Shown here one piece after another: positions 9,631 to 20,080 of a stretch of 64,000 nt of DNA. The stretch is taken from positions 1,733 to 65,732 of the forward strand of contig CAZNIO010000006.1 of NCBI GenBank assembly GCA_964573135.1. The letters run 5' to 3'. Each line of letters begins with the position of its first letter. The first letter of the stretch is position 1. The position numbers were made by a program, and so were the translations under genes. The notes under the pieces are model-generated. The model did no database searches and had not been told where the DNA came from. It saw nothing but the letters and a program-made list of their open reading frames with translations. The DNA comes from an uncultured Gammaproteobacteria bacterium (GTDB lineage: Bacteria; Patescibacteriota; Patescibacteriia; UBA2196; GWA2-42-15).

Positions 9631-10257
9631 ATGGCTAAAGGAGTTAGTAATATAGGTAAAGGCGCTGCTGAGGGTTTAGCAAAAACCTTTATTGAAAAAC
9701 TGTTAGGGGGAGCTGCTAATAAGGGCGGAGAAATACTACTCGAAAAAATCAATAAGGCATTTGATGCAGCACCAAGAAAAATGCTGTTAGTACTGATCGC
9801 TAAATTGATTGATGCTAACGCTCAGACCAGCTTATATGCCAGGATAGATAGCGCCATTGAAGCTGGCAAGGACGATGCGCTGGCGAGTATATTATGCAAG
9901 GTCCTTGAATTGGACGATGAGTCCGCTATTTTGGCAGAGCTCACAAGATTGGGTAATCTTGGCGACAAGGCGTTTGATCGCGAATACGAGTTCGTCAAAA
10001 TCGCGAAAGTACAGCAAGTTGGCAAGCGCTTAAAAAATACGACTGATCGAGTCGTAGAAAAAAGTAAAGATAAATTGAAAATTATTGATCTTGAAGCGCA
10101 GACTGCTACGCGTAAGGCAATCAATAAAATTTATAAAATTGCCTTACGAATTAAAGCAGACAATGATACCATCGATTCTGAAGAAATATCTCAAGTTACC
10201 CTCAAGGCATCCCAGAAGCTTAATAACTGGGCTGGTAATTTTTTAAAAAATTCATAA
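9631..10257 (+). CDS. hypothetical alpha-helical protein
   Basis: TAAGGAGATATA RBS; 208-aa ORF; Gly/Ala-rich amphipathic N-terminus. Confidence 0.7.
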   Translation: MAKGVSNIGKGAAEGLAKTFIEKLLGGAANKGGEILLEKINKAFDAAPRKMLLVLIAKLIDANAQTSLYARIDSAIEAGKDDALASILCKVLELDDESAILAELTRLGNLGDKAFDREYEFVKIAKVQQVGKRLKNTTDRVVEKSKDKLKIIDLEAQTATRKAINKIYKIALRIKADNDTIDSEEISQVTLKASQKLNNWAGNFLKNS

Positions 10258-10287
10258 AAAAATACAAATGTAGAAGGAGACATAATC

Positions 10288-11577
10288 ATGATCATGATAT
10301 TTCAAATACTCGGTATAATCGTTGCGATTTTCATAGCGCTTTTTGGTCTTAGCCGTTTACCGGCTACTTGGCGCGCGGCGATTTTAAACACCATTGCCAC
10401 TATTTTCAAAGTGACACTTGGTGTAGTAATAAGAGTACTTAAAGCGCTGTATACCGCGCTTAAGGTGCTTGCGGTCCTATTAATTGTTTTATTTGTTGTT
10501 CATCTCATCGTATTAAATAGGGGTAACTCGAATGAGATAACAGCATTGTTTGCCTTTGATTTCGCTATCGGCATTGGACTAATGTCTGCTGCTAAAACCT
10601 TAAGCAAGTGGCTTAAGACTGATGGTAGCGCAACTAAGTCAATTATCCTGGTAGTTATTGGTTTGGCAACAATAACGTTAGTGGCCGCCAAAGGGCCAGA
10701 TTTTTATCAAGCTAACTCCTTTTGGATTTGGACAATAGTGATGACGCTATTTGTCTTAATGGCTATAGGGAATTATAAAGGAGTCGAAAATGACTGGCCG
10801 TTGTATATAATGGCTGCCCTTTATTTTATCCTCTTGGCTTCTTTTATCCCCAAGGGTCGCTGGATTGACGCCAATATAAAACAATGGCAGACAAACTCCG
10901 ATCGGGCCAGTCTGCCGAAGGAGATAGATTATCAACTCACCCTAGCTGTATTCGAGGAAAAATCTGTCGGGTACGTAAAAAAAGACAGCGTGGTAATGGT
11001 GAACAGTAAACCCGTGGATACGTTGGTCGTCTTCACTCCGGTGGATACTCTATGGTTTGCTGAGGGCGTAACTGCTGCAGTAAAAAATCACAAGGATAAA
11101 CCCGGCCAGGGTAGTAATGGGGTTGATATAATGCTGGAAGTACAGGCAAGGAATAAATTTGGTGACTATTACGGGACAAACGTCTATGTTCCTGGCCGTA
11201 AATTGGCTTTTATCAGCCCACTAGATGCTCCTAAATTTGCAGTAGCATCTGACTCATCCTACATTTCCATTAACTACAAATATACGCATGAGGTAACCAA
11301 CGTCAAACTGGTGCCAGAACTCGGGCCATCGAGACTTTCGATGAAAATTTCTCCCGACATGCGGGCCGCAAAAGATGTCCTCTTTGTTGAAACTGCTGGC
11401 ATCCAATACCAAACGATGCCAAGTGGTAATAATAACGTTGAGGGCGTAAGTCATCGGGATAGCACAACTGGACTTACGGTATATTGCAAGGATATGAATG
11501 GCGATGATATCGAAACAAAAACAAAAATATATAAATTAGAAAATGGAACGACCACCGTTTGGTGCGAGCGTCCATAA
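10288..11577 (+). CDS. hypothetical membrane protein (about 6 N-terminal TM helices, beta-rich C-terminal domain)
   Basis: GAAGGAG RBS; hydrophobic N-terminal ~185 aa. Confidence 0.7.
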   Translation: MIMIFQILGIIVAIFIALFGLSRLPATWRAAILNTIATIFKVTLGVVIRVLKALYTALKVLAVLLIVLFVVHLIVLNRGNSNEITALFAFDFAIGIGLMSAAKTLSKWLKTDGSATKSIILVVIGLATITLVAAKGPDFYQANSFWIWTIVMTLFVLMAIGNYKGVENDWPLYIMAALYFILLASFIPKGRWIDANIKQWQTNSDRASLPKEIDYQLTLAVFEEKSVGYVKKDSVVMVNSKPVDTLVVFTPVDTLWFAEGVTAAVKNHKDKPGQGSNGVDIMLEVQARNKFGDYYGTNVYVPGRKLAFISPLDAPKFAVASDSSYISINYKYTHEVTNVKLVPELGPSRLSMKISPDMRAAKDVLFVETAGIQYQTMPSGNNNVEGVSHRDSTTGLTVYCKDMNGDDIETKTKIYKLENGTTTVWCERP

Positions 11578-11596
11578 AAAGCATGAAAGGAAAAGC

Positions 11597-11633
11597 GAAG
11601 TATTGGACTGTATATCCAATGCTTCTTTTTTTT
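11597..11633 (+). terminator. intrinsic terminator of the 8328-11577 operon
   Basis: GAAGTATTGGA/TCCAATGCTTC stem followed by T8. Confidence 0.75.
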
Positions 11634-11638
11634 ATCCA

Positions 11639-11667
11639 AAAAGACGCCTCGATGAGAGACGTCTTTT
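11639..11667 (-). terminator. intrinsic terminator of the pilin gene
   Basis: AAAAGACG..CGTCTTTT inverted repeat between convergent genes. Confidence 0.6.
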
Positions 11668-11682
11668 ATAAATAGAGCTATA

Positions 11683-12216
11683 TTAACTTCCGGTTGATGG
11701 ATTATTAGTAGCTGTTTCAAGGGTTTTAAATATAAAGCTGAGGATGGCGTATGAAGCCATAGAAACAAGAATACCAATAACAGCATATACCATAGTGTCT
11801 TTAGCTTTTTTAACTTTTTCGGCACTGCCAGCTGAAGTTAGGAATATAAAACCAGCATAAACGAAGGCTATCAAGGAAGCTACTCCGACAAAGGCTAAAA
11901 GGCCACTTATAAGTCTGGCATAGAGTTCGTCTGGTTGCACTTGACCGCCACCGTCCTTATCAAGCGGATTTTTTATTGTTACAGGATCGCCTGGCTGACT
12001 TCCACTACCAGAGGAGCGGCCACCAGTTATCGCCTCGCATGGCGCGCCTGCTACCGTCCCGTTGTGGTCAATACATGCCGTTCCACATTCACTGCTACTT
12101 AAAGCTTGCTGCTTAGACCCATCACCACAAGTACAATTACAATTTGCCAAAGCCGGTAATGTATACAAAATCCCAATAGATAGTATAATTGAGAATATTA
12201 ATATTTTTTTGAGCAT
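11683..12216 (-). CDS. CPR-type pilin (TrbC/VirB2-like) with a Cys-rich N-terminal domain
   Basis: Signal peptide, six Cys, 'IKNPL', then AFVYAGFIFLTSAGSAEKVKKAKDTMVYAVIG pilin signature; start taken at MLKK. Confidence 0.85.
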   Translation of the reverse strand: MLKKILIFSIILSIGILYTLPALANCNCTCGDGSKQQALSSSECGTACIDHNGTVAGAPCEAITGGRSSGSGSQPGDPVTIKNPLDKDGGGQVQPDELYARLISGLLAFVGVASLIAFVYAGFIFLTSAGSAEKVKKAKDTMVYAVIGILVSMASYAILSFIFKTLETATNNPSTGS

Positions 12217-12273
12217 AGAGTAAGTCAATTAAAAATAAATAAAGATTTGTATAATTTAAAATTTGAAATTAAA

Positions 12274-12600
12274 TTACGCTGGCTGGGTTTCAAGGGCAGT
12301 CAGGCGAGATGTGTGTTTTTTTAGTGTTTCGTCAATATCTTTGAATTTGATGTTTGACTGTTCAGTAGACATTAATTTAGCCATCACTTCTTCTCTATCT
12401 TTTTTAATTTCACCGGCTAATTTGTCATTGCTTGCCATGACTCTATTTTCACTTGCTTTAATATCTTTTTGTGTTTTATCGCAGTATTTTTTAAATATCG
12501 CCTCGACGGTGGGTTCAATTTCTTTTTTGGTCCACTTGTGCAATTTATTATCTAGTATTTCATTTAGCTCTTTTTTTGTAACTGGTTGGTTATTTTTCAT
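12274..12600 (-). CDS. hypothetical coiled-coil protein
   Basis: 108-aa ORF, VTKKEL...RLTALE heptad pattern. Confidence 0.6.
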   Translation of the reverse strand: MKNNQPVTKKELNEILDNKLHKWTKKEIEPTVEAIFKKYCDKTQKDIKASENRVMASNDKLAGEIKKDREEVMAKLMSTEQSNIKFKDIDETLKKHTSRLTALETQPA

Positions 12601-12615
12601 AAATTTTGGATTAGC

Positions 12616-12789
12616 TTATTTGGGTGCAAAAAATCTCTTTACTATTTTAGCGAATTTTGGAGTGCACTTTTCACATAAATGGATTGAAAAGGTTGTTTTG
12701 CCAAAAATTTCACGATCACCCCAAATAATTGTGTTAGACGTGTTTTTCTTGGCTTTTTTTTTGCATTTGTCACAGTAAATAACTTGCAT
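12616..12789 (-). CDS. small zinc-ribbon protein (57 aa), absent from the ORF track
   Basis: MQVIYCDKCKKK...HLCEKCTPKF with two CxxC pairs; TGnTATACT 6 nt before the ATG. Confidence 0.7.
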   Translation of the reverse strand: MQVIYCDKCKKKAKKNTSNTIIWGDREIFGKTTFSIHLCEKCTPKFAKIVKRFFAPK

Positions 12790-12828
12790 GATTTTAGTAT
12801 AACATGATTGAGTAGAAAATAGAAAATT

Positions 12829-13986
12829 TTATTTAAGATATTTTTTCAAGGATGGAACCCTATCTTTCTTCTCCCAGGTGAATTCGGGTAACTCTCTACC
12901 AAAATGGCCATAGCTGGCTGTTTTTTGATAGATTGGCCTTAATAGTTTTAAATGCTGTATAATTCCACTGGGCGTAAGAGGAAATTCTTTGCGGACAATA
13001 CTCTCTAATTTAGCATCATCTACTTTGCCAGTACCTTTACTATCAACTAAGATTGAGACTGGATTTGCAACACCAATCACATATGATAATTGGACTTCAC
13101 ATTTGTCAGCTAGCCCAGCTGCTACTAAATTTTTAGCAATATATCTAGCCATGTATGAGGCTGAGCGGTCAACTTTTGAAGGATCTTTACCAGAAAAGCA
13201 ACCACCGCCATGAGCGCCATGTCCACCATAGGTGTCAACTATAATCTTCCTGCCGGTAAGGCCAGCGTCAGCGGGGGGTCCGCCTTTAACAAATTTGCCA
13301 GTAGCATTTATAAAATATCTAGTTTTTGAATCTAGCAGTTTACCGCCAATTGGTTTTACCACGTGCTGGATAATTTCTCTCTCTAATTTTGAAGAACTAA
13401 CTTTCTCATCATGCTGAGCAGCAACAACAACTGTGTCTAATCTAATGGGCTTGCCATCTTTATACTCAACTGCCAATTCAATCTTTCCATCTGGTCTAAG
13501 ATAAGGCAGTTTTTTGTTTTTACGAACTTGTGCCAAACGAAATGCCATTTTGTGTGACATAAGGATAGATAAAGGCATAAGCTCTCTAGTTTCTTTAGTT
13601 GCAAAGCCAAACATAAGGCCCTGATCCCCTGCTCCCTGGGCTTTGTATTTGCCTTTACCGCTATCCACGCCTTGGGCAATATCTCCTGATTGTTCATCAA
13701 CAGCTACAACAACACCAATATCATCACCAGAAAAACCAACACTACCGTTATTATAACCAATATCTTTAACAGTTTGTCTGGCGACTTTGGCAATATCAAC
13801 ATATCCCTTAGTGCGGATTTCACCAGCGACTACTACGAGACCAGTGGTTACTAAGGTTTCAATACCAGTATGACTATTTTTATCTTGTCTCAATAGCTCA
13901 TCTAAAATAGCGTCGGAAATTTGATCAGCAACTTTATCGGGATGACCTTCAGTTACAGACTCTGAAGTAAAAATGTATTTTGACAT
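12829..13986 (-). CDS. metK: S-adenosylmethionine synthetase
   Basis: [43 protein letters not shown]. Confidence 0.98.
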   Translation of the reverse strand: MSKYIFTSESVTEGHPDKVADQISDAILDELLRQDKNSHTGIETLVTTGLVVVAGEIRTKGYVDIAKVARQTVKDIGYNNGSVGFSGDDIGVVVAVDEQSGDIAQGVDSGKGKYKAQGAGDQGLMFGFATKETRELMPLSILMSHKMAFRLAQVRKNKKLPYLRPDGKIELAVEYKDGKPIRLDTVVVAAQHDEKVSSSKLEREIIQHVVKPIGGKLLDSKTRYFINATGKFVKGGPPADAGLTGRKIIVDTYGGHGAHGGGCFSGKDPSKVDRSASYMARYIAKNLVAAGLADKCEVQLSYVIGVANPVSILVDSKGTGKVDDAKLESIVRKEFPLTPSGIIQHLKLLRPIYQKTASYGHFGRELPEFTWEKKDRVPSLKKYLK

Positions 13987-14001
13987 AATTTTTTTAATTA
14001 A

Positions 14002-15012
14002 CTAAATTTGATATTGTCTTAAATTGGCTTTCATATACTCAATAGTATTTTTTAAACCTTCCTCAATTTTTATCATAGGGAACCAGCCAAGCTCTTGCTT
14101 GGCTTTAGAGATATCTGGAATATTGTATGAAGCTAATTGCCAACTTGGTTGCTCAAATCTAATGGTTGAGCTAGAACCCGTTAATTTTATAATTAACTCA
14201 GCGATATCCTTTAACGCGTGTTTTTCAAATTGACCAATATTAACAGGGCGGTCAATTGAAGATTTGGCTAATTTGGTTAAACCCTCAAGCGCATCTTGGA
14301 CATAGCAGAAGGTGTTTTCTGTCTTCTCGTCTCCATGAATAACAATTTCCTGGTTATTAATAGCGGAATAGATAAAATCTGGAATAGAGCGACCGTCATT
14401 AATGGCCATCCTAGGCCCATAGCAAGTAAAGAGTCTTGCAATTTTTACATTAAGGTCATGCACTCTTTTGTAATAGGCGGTAATGGTCTCAGCAAAGCGT
14501 TTGCCTTCATCATATGCGCTACGAGGCCCGATGGGGTCAACACTACCCATCATGTCCTCTTTAATGAGCTGATGCGCGCCAAATGAGCCATAGACATGCT
14601 GGCTTGATATGTGAATAAAGGCTGATTTATACTTAACGGCCAAATCAAGCAGATTCTTAGTGCCCCAAGAATTGGTGGTTAAAATTTCCATAGCCATTTT
14701 TTCATGATCTCTTGGAGAAGTTGGACACGCAAAGTTATATATAGTCTGAATGCCCTGAACAGCTACCTTGAATTTTTTTAATTCTGGATATTGAGCCAAG
14801 TCAATTGGCAAATTGACATCATGTTTTAAAAATTCAAAATTCGGGTTTTGCAGTAATAAATCAATGTTTGCCTCACTGCCGGTAATAAAATTGTCTAAAA
14901 CAATTACATTATTTGTTTTAACCAATTCATCAGCTAAATTAGAGCCTAAAAACCCTGCTCCCCCCGCTATTATAACATTAGGTTTTCCTGTGGCTAAGAT
15001 ATTTGTTTCCAT
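14002..15012 (-). CDS. UDP-glucuronate decarboxylase-like SDR (UDP-xylose synthase family)
   Basis: GGAGFLG, ACPTSP, GPRSAYDEGKRFAE, YGPRM..DGR. Confidence 0.85.
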   Translation of the reverse strand: METNILATGKPNVIIAGGAGFLGSNLADELVKTNNVIVLDNFITGSEANIDLLLQNPNFEFLKHDVNLPIDLAQYPELKKFKVAVQGIQTIYNFACPTSPRDHEKMAMEILTTNSWGTKNLLDLAVKYKSAFIHISSQHVYGSFGAHQLIKEDMMGSVDPIGPRSAYDEGKRFAETITAYYKRVHDLNVKIARLFTCYGPRMAINDGRSIPDFIYSAINNQEIVIHGDEKTENTFCYVQDALEGLTKLAKSSIDRPVNIGQFEKHALKDIAELIIKLTGSSSTIRFEQPSWQLASYNIPDISKAKQELGWFPMIKIEEGLKNTIEYMKANLRQYQI

Positions 15013-15067
15013 AATATTCAAAAATTAGTTTTTAGTGTTTTTATTATACCAAAATCCTAAAATATAT

Positions 15068-15538
15068 CTAGTCTATCGTTTTTTGGGATTTTTTAAATAC
15101 CCATGTTTTTGTCCCAATAAAAGCAAACAAGGTAATTGCGATACTTGCAATAATTTTACCAAAAATATCATTTACGTCAAAGTGCTCAACTACTGAGTAG
15201 AGGATGGTTTCACTTGCAAAAATGGCCAAAAGAGAAATACTTGCAAATTTGGCAAACTGTCTTTCGACCTTATGATCATTATCACGAAAAGTCCATGTTT
15301 TATGAAAAGTAAAGCGTAAAATAACGGCAACAGACATAGTGAAAAGATTAGCGATAAGATAATGATGGCGCCAAAAAGAAAAAACACGAGTTAGGTAAAT
15401 GTATAAAAGAAAATCAATAATACCGGCGGTATTGCCTACAATAGAATATTTAATCATCTCCTTGGCACGGGGATATTTTTTAATGAATCGACAATTACGA
15501 AATTTATATAAATATTTAGAAAAATATGATTTGAGCAT
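15068..15538 (-). CDS. GtrA family flippase-like protein
   Basis: KYSIVG..FHKTWTF..KTWVF pattern, 4 TM helices; start taken at MLKSY. Confidence 0.85.
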   Translation of the reverse strand: MLKSYFSKYLYKFRNCRFIKKYPRAKEMIKYSIVGNTAGIIDFLLYIYLTRVFSFWRHHYLIANLFTMSVAVILRFTFHKTWTFRDNDHKVERQFAKFASISLLAIFASETILYSVVEHFDVNDIFGKIIASIAITLFAFIGTKTWVFKKSQKTID

Positions 15539-15548
15539 TAGTATAATG

Positions 15549-17744
15549 TTATTTACCAGAAGAGACCTCAACTCCTCCACGGAAATTCGGGTGATAAGCC
15601 ATAAATTGGCCGGCAACCTTGCCTAGATGATTAAAAATCCTGACATGTGGACCTCCGCCAGGACCAGCTCCGCATATGATCTCATGGAGCCCACTGGCAT
15701 TGGTATCACCTGAAGCCACGTTAACTCCTCCACGGAACTTTTCATCAAACGCCAAGAAACTAAGAAGGAGTTTGCCCTGCAGATTATATACCCTAACTTG
15801 AGGAGTTGAACCAGCTTTGTTACCAATTATGATTTCATGTTGGCCGTCACCAGTAATATCACCTGAGGCAATGGTTTGTCCGAGTAAAAGCTCTGGTTGT
15901 CCGGCAATAAATTGATCAAGCAGAGTGCCTGAATAATTAAAGATTTTAACTATTGGTTGCAAGCCCTTTCCTGGGGTGATAACAATTTCTGCAAAACCAT
16001 CGTTATTAATATCTCTAACTATTAATTCCATGTCTGTTTTTATATATTTGTTAAAAGCATAAAACTGAAATTTGAGCTCACCTGATTGGTCAAATATTTT
16101 GACCAATGGATAAGATTTACTTTGCTTAATAACTATAATATCACCAAGGCCGTCACTGTCAACATCGCCAATACCAAGACGTAAACCACTGGTATCAGCC
16201 TTATCAAAGGCAAAAAATTCGTTTCTAAAAGTACCATAACTATCAAAGATTTTAATTAAGGGCTGTTCACCATGACTGGCGCCGGCAATAACTTCCTGAC
16301 TACCATCACCATCTAAATCACCAGTGGCTATATTAACACCAAACCTTTTTTCTTTATCAAAGGCAAAAAAATTACTGTAAGACTTTTGGCCACGGAAAAC
16401 TCTGATGTGTGCTCCACCAGCTTGATCTGGAGCAGTAATGATCTTATCAACTGATTTTTCAGCTTTGGGGGTGGTGCTTCTGGTAGCCAAGACGGATTTA
16501 AATACATTGATTTTACCCATACCCAGCTTGGCTTGATAGAGTAAATTTTTATTATCTATATTATCTGCATTGTCTAAAATTAAACTCCTAAGCTCAGCTA
16601 GGGAAAGGGTGGGCTGGAGAGCCTTTAAAAGAACGGCTAGGCCAGCAACTTGAGGAGCTGAAACTGATGTGCCTGACCAATGACCGCCATACTCTTTATT
16701 GAAATTAGCGTGATCATCATCTTTGAAAAGTGTGCTGAATATACCAACACCGGGGGTAGTTACATCAATACATTTGCCATAATTAGAAAAGCTAGCAAGC
16801 TTGTCTTGATTGTCAACTGAAGCCACGCCAATTACCCAGTTTTGACCAGGGCCACCATCATGACAAACTGGGTATTTGGGAGTTTTCGTCATGTCAACAC
16901 CTTGAGAGACTTCATTGCCAGCGGCGGCAATAACCAGAATACCGGCACGGTGAGCTTTGCCAATGGCGCGCCTTAAAGTTTCGGACGATCCTTCGCCAAC
17001 AAAACTTAGATTAATAATGTTTGCTTTGTTTTCGCGAGCGTAATCAATGGCGCGAGCGACATCTAGCGTACTGCCCATACCGGAACCGTCTAAAACACGC
17101 AAGGGCATAATACGGGCTTGCCAGGCAACACCAGCAATGCCTAGCGCATTGCCACCTTGGGCAGCAGCTACACCTGATATTATAGTACCATGGTTCATAC
17201 CGAGAAATGAGTAACTGTCACCAAATTTAGGACGGGGATCTCCAGACTCTTTTATAAAATCCCAACCACGATAATCATCGATGTAGCCATTTTGATCATC
17301 ATCTAAATTATTGTCCGGTATTTCATCTAAATTGTACCAAGTGTTGTTGGTTAAATCCGGATGATCAATATCAACCCCTGAGTCAATAACAGCAATCACA
17401 AACCCATGGCTGCCAGTGGTGTAATTCCAAGCCAAAGGAGCATTAATGCGGGAAAGATAGATTTGTTGAGTGTAGAAAGGATCTTGGGGCTCGAGAGTGG
17501 CACGATAGGTGTAGTTTGGCTCAATATATTCAATACTTTGATTATTTTCATTCAAATCAATATATTTAGATAAATCATACTTTTCCCCTATATTTAAGTT
17601 ATATATCTTATCTGAATTTTTAAGCTTAACTAAAACTTGATGCTCAAGATGCGGGGCAAAATGAGCCTGATTGGCATTAATTTGCATGCCAATTAGCATA
17701 GGAGAAGCTATTAATATTAGGGTGAGAATAGTTTTTTTAATCAT
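15549..17744 (-). CDS. S8 subtilisin-like serine protease with C-terminal FG-GAP/VCBS-like repeats
   Basis: VIDSG (D), HGT (H), GTSVSAP (S), AAGN oxyanion; repeated GDxDGDGxxEI and FxGGVxVA. Confidence 0.92.
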   Translation of the reverse strand: MIKKTILTLILIASPMLIGMQINANQAHFAPHLEHQVLVKLKNSDKIYNLNIGEKYDLSKYIDLNENNQSIEYIEPNYTYRATLEPQDPFYTQQIYLSRINAPLAWNYTTGSHGFVIAVIDSGVDIDHPDLTNNTWYNLDEIPDNNLDDDQNGYIDDYRGWDFIKESGDPRPKFGDSYSFLGMNHGTIISGVAAAQGGNALGIAGVAWQARIMPLRVLDGSGMGSTLDVARAIDYARENKANIINLSFVGEGSSETLRRAIGKAHRAGILVIAAAGNEVSQGVDMTKTPKYPVCHDGGPGQNWVIGVASVDNQDKLASFSNYGKCIDVTTPGVGIFSTLFKDDDHANFNKEYGGHWSGTSVSAPQVAGLAVLLKALQPTLSLAELRSLILDNADNIDNKNLLYQAKLGMGKINVFKSVLATRSTTPKAEKSVDKIITAPDQAGGAHIRVFRGQKSYSNFFAFDKEKRFGVNIATGDLDGDGSQEVIAGASHGEQPLIKIFDSYGTFRNEFFAFDKADTSGLRLGIGDVDSDGLGDIIVIKQSKSYPLVKIFDQSGELKFQFYAFNKYIKTDMELIVRDINNDGFAEIVITPGKGLQPIVKIFNYSGTLLDQFIAGQPELLLGQTIASGDITGDGQHEIIIGNKAGSTPQVRVYNLQGKLLLSFLAFDEKFRGGVNVASGDTNASGLHEIICGAGPGGGPHVRIFNHLGKVAGQFMAYHPNFRGGVEVSSGK

Positions 17745-17746
17745 AC

Positions 17747-19969
17747 TTATTTGAGGGTTTGTAAAAATTCATCAACAGTTGCTTCGGCTTCTGGATTGAT
17801 TTCAAGTATGCGCCTGGCTGTGCCAACGGCGCTGGCGTAATCTCCGAGCTCACGATGGACAACGGCTAATCTAATCCAATTATCTACATTGCCTGGTTCT
17901 TTAACAATTAATTTTTGATAAATTTCTTTTAATTTAGGAAAATATTTAGTTGTACTATAAATTTGAGAGAGACGCTTAAGATTGTCTGGGCTATCCTCAA
18001 GACCCATAGGCATCATGATTTGATAGAGTTCTTCTGCTTTGTCATATTGATGAGTAATCACGTATGCGGAAAGTAAATTCCAATAGGGATCAAAGGCTTT
18101 GGGATTAAGGTCAACGGCGCGCTTAAAATGCTCCACTCCTTTATCTACTTGCCCGAGAGAGAGGTATGTTCTACCCATTTCAAAATGAACTTGCTGTCTA
18201 TCTGGGGAAAGATTAAGGGCATCATAGCCAAATTCCAGATTCTCTTGCATTTTAGTGGCGTTAGAAGCATAAAAACTGTTATAGATAGTCATTAGATAGA
18301 GTTGATTGCGAGCCTCATAGGGCTCATCTGCCATATTTTGTTTTAAACCCAAAATGGCGCTAGCAAACATGGCTTTTTCTTGATCGGTTTTAAGGTTGTC
18401 ATAGTTGTGATAGCGCGTAAGGATGTTTTCTGCATATTTCTGACGCAGTTCAGGGGTTTGATAGGTGTGCATGTCAATTGCCTGTTTGAAATACTCAGCG
18501 GCTTGTGGAGCACTGCTTGAGTAGAAATACTGCAAAGCCTTAAGGCCAAGATGATTGGCCTTGGCAGGCGTAATATTAAAACTGGTCATGGCAGCCACAA
18601 GTGCGATTCCTCCGAAGATGACTGCCCAAATATTGATGGGCTTTAACTGGTTGTCTTTTCTTTCTATATAGATATCATCTTTATTTAATAAATAGGCGAC
18701 CACGCCCAAAACAGTAAAAAGCATGATATAGTTGGCTAAACAGTCAAAAACAAAAATGTTTTGAAAGAAGTGTGCAAAAAGAAAGGCAGATAGAATAAGA
18801 GAGGGATAAAAGGTGTTAGTTTTTTTAATTTTTTTGAAAATTAGAGGAAAAATGGATAAAACAAAAATTGATAGATAGGAAATAAGGCCAATTAAACCAG
18901 AGGCGACAGCTACATCAAGCAAAGTGTTATGAGCGCGGTCAAACCAGACTTGCGAACCAGGATCACGATAGATTTCCGGATGAAAATATTTATTAAAAGC
19001 CACGTTATAGTTTTCCCAGCCATAACCTAAAAGAAAATGATCCTGCCAGCCCTGCATTGCTGAATCCCAGGAATAAAGACGTGATTCAACGGTAGTATGG
19101 CTCAAGGAGATACTAGCTAGTCTGCCAAAAGGTAGCTTGCTATTAGACCAATCAATATCTTTCTTAAGCCAAATTAAACTGGAGGTACCAACTACGATGA
19201 GGATAGTGATGAGAGCGGCTGTCTTGATATGACGATTTTTGGAAAGGAAAACGAAGAGAAAACCAACCAAGAAAAGAGTGACTAGAAAAGCCAACATGGC
19301 CGCACGAGTTTGAGTTTGGAAGAGGATATATACTTCAAAGAGTACAGACAACGCAAAAAATATTTTCCAAGCTATATGTTTTCTTTGGGCAAAGAGTAGA
19401 AGTGACAACCAAAAGTTTCCCAAGGCATAGGCGCCGAGATAAGCGGCGTTGCCTAAAGTTGACGAGAGTCTGGCTTCACCAGGATGAATTGTCCACTGCG
19501 CGCCAAAGCGCTGAGCAAGAGCATAAAAGCCGACCAGAAAAGCGACTACAACTTCAGCTGTCAAGAAGTCTAACCAGTGACGCTTGCTTTTAATCATTTG
19601 GGATAAAATAAAGAAAAAAGCAATAAGATGAGAAATAGTTAAGAACCCCTCTCCCCTTTCAATAGTGCCCCAAAAACTACGATAAGGGTTAACTCCGAGT
19701 AAGCCGGTAACAAAAACGATAATACCAAAAATTAGGACTGACCAAATGAGCTTATTCATGCGAGGCCGATAATGGGGAGAAGAAAGGGCTAAAAGGAGAT
19801 AGAGAAAAAGAGCAATTTCAACCAGCATCCTAAAATAGATGGTTTTTAGAGTAATGAAAGGAAAAACAAATTTGGAGCTTAAAAGTAAAGCTACGGGTAG
19901 GACTAAATATAAACAACCCCAAATTGCATATTTGAGGTATTTAGTTGTAGTATTTTCTAACTTTTCCAT
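17747..19969 (-). CDS. O-antigen ligase family (Wzy_C) protein with C-terminal TPRs
   Basis: About 12 TM helices, TLGNAAY, TQTRAA, GYGWENY, FDRAHN; TPR-like C-terminus; start taken at MEKLEN. Confidence 0.88.
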   Translation of the reverse strand: MEKLENTTTKYLKYAIWGCLYLVLPVALLLSSKFVFPFITLKTIYFRMLVEIALFLYLLLALSSPHYRPRMNKLIWSVLIFGIIVFVTGLLGVNPYRSFWGTIERGEGFLTISHLIAFFFILSQMIKSKRHWLDFLTAEVVVAFLVGFYALAQRFGAQWTIHPGEARLSSTLGNAAYLGAYALGNFWLSLLLFAQRKHIAWKIFFALSVLFEVYILFQTQTRAAMLAFLVTLFLVGFLFVFLSKNRHIKTAALITILIVVGTSSLIWLKKDIDWSNSKLPFGRLASISLSHTTVESRLYSWDSAMQGWQDHFLLGYGWENYNVAFNKYFHPEIYRDPGSQVWFDRAHNTLLDVAVASGLIGLISYLSIFVLSIFPLIFKKIKKTNTFYPSLILSAFLFAHFFQNIFVFDCLANYIMLFTVLGVVAYLLNKDDIYIERKDNQLKPINIWAVIFGGIALVAAMTSFNITPAKANHLGLKALQYFYSSSAPQAAEYFKQAIDMHTYQTPELRQKYAENILTRYHNYDNLKTDQEKAMFASAILGLKQNMADEPYEARNQLYLMTIYNSFYASNATKMQENLEFGYDALNLSPDRQQVHFEMGRTYLSLGQVDKGVEHFKRAVDLNPKAFDPYWNLLSAYVITHQYDKAEELYQIMMPMGLEDSPDNLKRLSQIYSTTKYFPKLKEIYQKLIVKEPGNVDNWIRLAVVHRELGDYASAVGTARRILEINPEAEATVDEFLQTLK

Positions 19970-20080
19970 TAACTTTATTTTATAACACTCCAGACAACTT
20001 AGCAAGGAAAAGACTTGATTTTTTTACCGATTTAGGGTATGATAGAAACAAAGCTTAGGCGGATTTTCCGCTATAATTTT

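Noticed and set aside
11011-11058. Short PVDTL duplication in the 429-aa protein
   Set aside because: Only two short, diverged copies; no template-repeat/variable-repeat pattern or reverse transcriptase for a DGR
12263-12778. 171-aa plus-strand ORF
   Set aside because: Antisense to two better-supported minus-strand genes
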